Part shown: positions 63,175-64,000 of the stretch, piece by piece
Position numbering within the stretch: the stretch's first letter is position 1
Layout: each line of letters starts with the position of its first letter
Assembly (NCBI RefSeq): GCF_000143415.4
Contig: NW_003314262.1
Location: 1,601,960 to 1,665,959, forward strand
Source: Selaginella moellendorffii
Lineage: Eukaryota > Plantae > Lycopodiophyta
Direction: 5' to 3'
Length of the DNA stretch: 64,000 nt
Position numbers and translations under genes: made by a program
The notes under the pieces: generated by a model
What the model saw: only the letters and a program-made list of their open reading frames with translations
The model's database searches: none
What the model was told of the DNA's origin: nothing

Positions 63175-64000
63175 ATGGCTGGATCAGACGCTGGAATCTC
63201 TCATCTCAGCCCGGTAGCGCTTGCATTGGACGATGTTCTTGCGCGGCGGGAGCGCATCGAGCGCGCATTCCAAGAGCTGGAGTCCCGGCGGGCCGCGCTG
63301 GAGAGCTGCACGATCGAGTGGAAGCAGCTTGAGGAGCACTTCGCTCAGGTGGAAGCGGCGCTGCGGAAGAGGTACGAGGAGCTCAGCGATCGCGAGAAAG
63401 CCCTAGACGATGTGGAGGAAGGGCTGAGCCGGAGGGAGGAGGCGATCGCCGCGCGGGAGGAAGCATCGCTGGCCAGGGTCCAGGAGCAGCGCGAGGCAGC
63501 GATCGCGGCCATTGTGGAGGAGAAGCGGCGATTGACCGAGGAGCGGCAGGCCATCTATCTGGAGATTCCGGGGACAGGGATTGGAAATATCGGCAACCCG
63601 GAGGAGAATTGCGGATCCCCGGCCTCGGATCACGATCCTCTCGCCGCCCAGCAGCAGCATTCCGAGGAGAGCAACGATTCCCCCACGAACGGGCAAGGCA
63701 GCAGTGGAACACCCACGACAGAAGCAACGCCAGTGCCATCGCCCGCCCCAAAGCAGCCGACGGTCAACTCAGTGGTGGCGGAGGTGAGAGTTCGTCCAGA
63801 GCTTAAAACACTCTGTGAGAACATGGACGGGGAAGGCTTGAGAAGGTACGTGAGTGAGCATAGGAAGGATGTGAGTGCATTGAGGTTGGAGTTGCCGGTC
63901 GCAATTCGGTGTGCCATTGATCCGGCTCGTCTCGTCCTGGATGCCCTTGAGGGGTATAGCATCCCGTCTGATAGTGAGAGTGGTGGTGGTGGTGATAGAA
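63175..64000 (+). CDS. FRIGIDA-like protein (5' part; runs off the window)
   Basis: IERAFQELES...IEWKQLEEHF coiled coil, then ELKTLCENMDGEGLRRYV...LRLELPVAIRCAIDPARLVLDALEGY, the start of the Frigida domain. Confidence 0.9.
   Translation, partial: MAGSDAGISHLSPVALALDDVLARRERIERAFQELESRRAALESCTIEWKQLEEHFAQVEAALRKRYEELSDREKALDDVEEGLSRREEAIAAREEASLARVQEQREAAIAAIVEEKRRLTEERQAIYLEIPGTGIGNIGNPEENCGSPASDHDPLAAQQQHSEESNDSPTNGQGSSGTPTTEATPVPSPAPKQPTVNSVVAEVRVRPELKTLCENMDGEGLRRYVSEHRKDVSALRLELPVAIRCAIDPARLVLDALEGYSIPSDSESGGGGDR

Overview
This is eukaryotic land-plant nuclear DNA. The ~50-60 bp GT-AG introns, tiny intergenic spaces and gene content suggest the lycophyte Selaginella; that assignment is an inference. 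The left ~27 kb is a transposon graveyard: a decayed Mutator-like transposase, three 5S-rRNA-bearing Cassandra-type TRIMs, LTR pieces carrying 12-bp minisatellites, an hAT derivative, a chromovirus nested in another Ty3/gypsy element, and a pseudogenised inverted copy of the POLK 5' region. From 27 to 41 kb lie tRNA-Leu(CAG), PRP6/STA1, a 4-exon Hedgehog-type Hint (Hog) gene between two related small LTR elements, a second hAT element and a Helentron remnant (PIF1 helicase plus AP endonuclease). The gene-dense right part holds Lhca5 and DNA polymerase kappa (stop codons overlapping on one CTAG), a D-cysteine desulfhydrase with its pseudogene, a copia remnant, a CCCH-Pumilio gene, a divergent PEBP (FT/TFL1/MFT-fold) gene with a long N-terminal extension, and the start of a FRIGIDA-like gene. 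The best candidate for a novel system is the secreted Pro-rich (AGP-like) peptide fused to a Hint domain, which could self-cleave and lipid-tag a cell-wall glycopeptide. There are three N-gaps (25036-25236, 28248-28357, 41394-41681). Similarity calls come from recalled motifs, not database searches.
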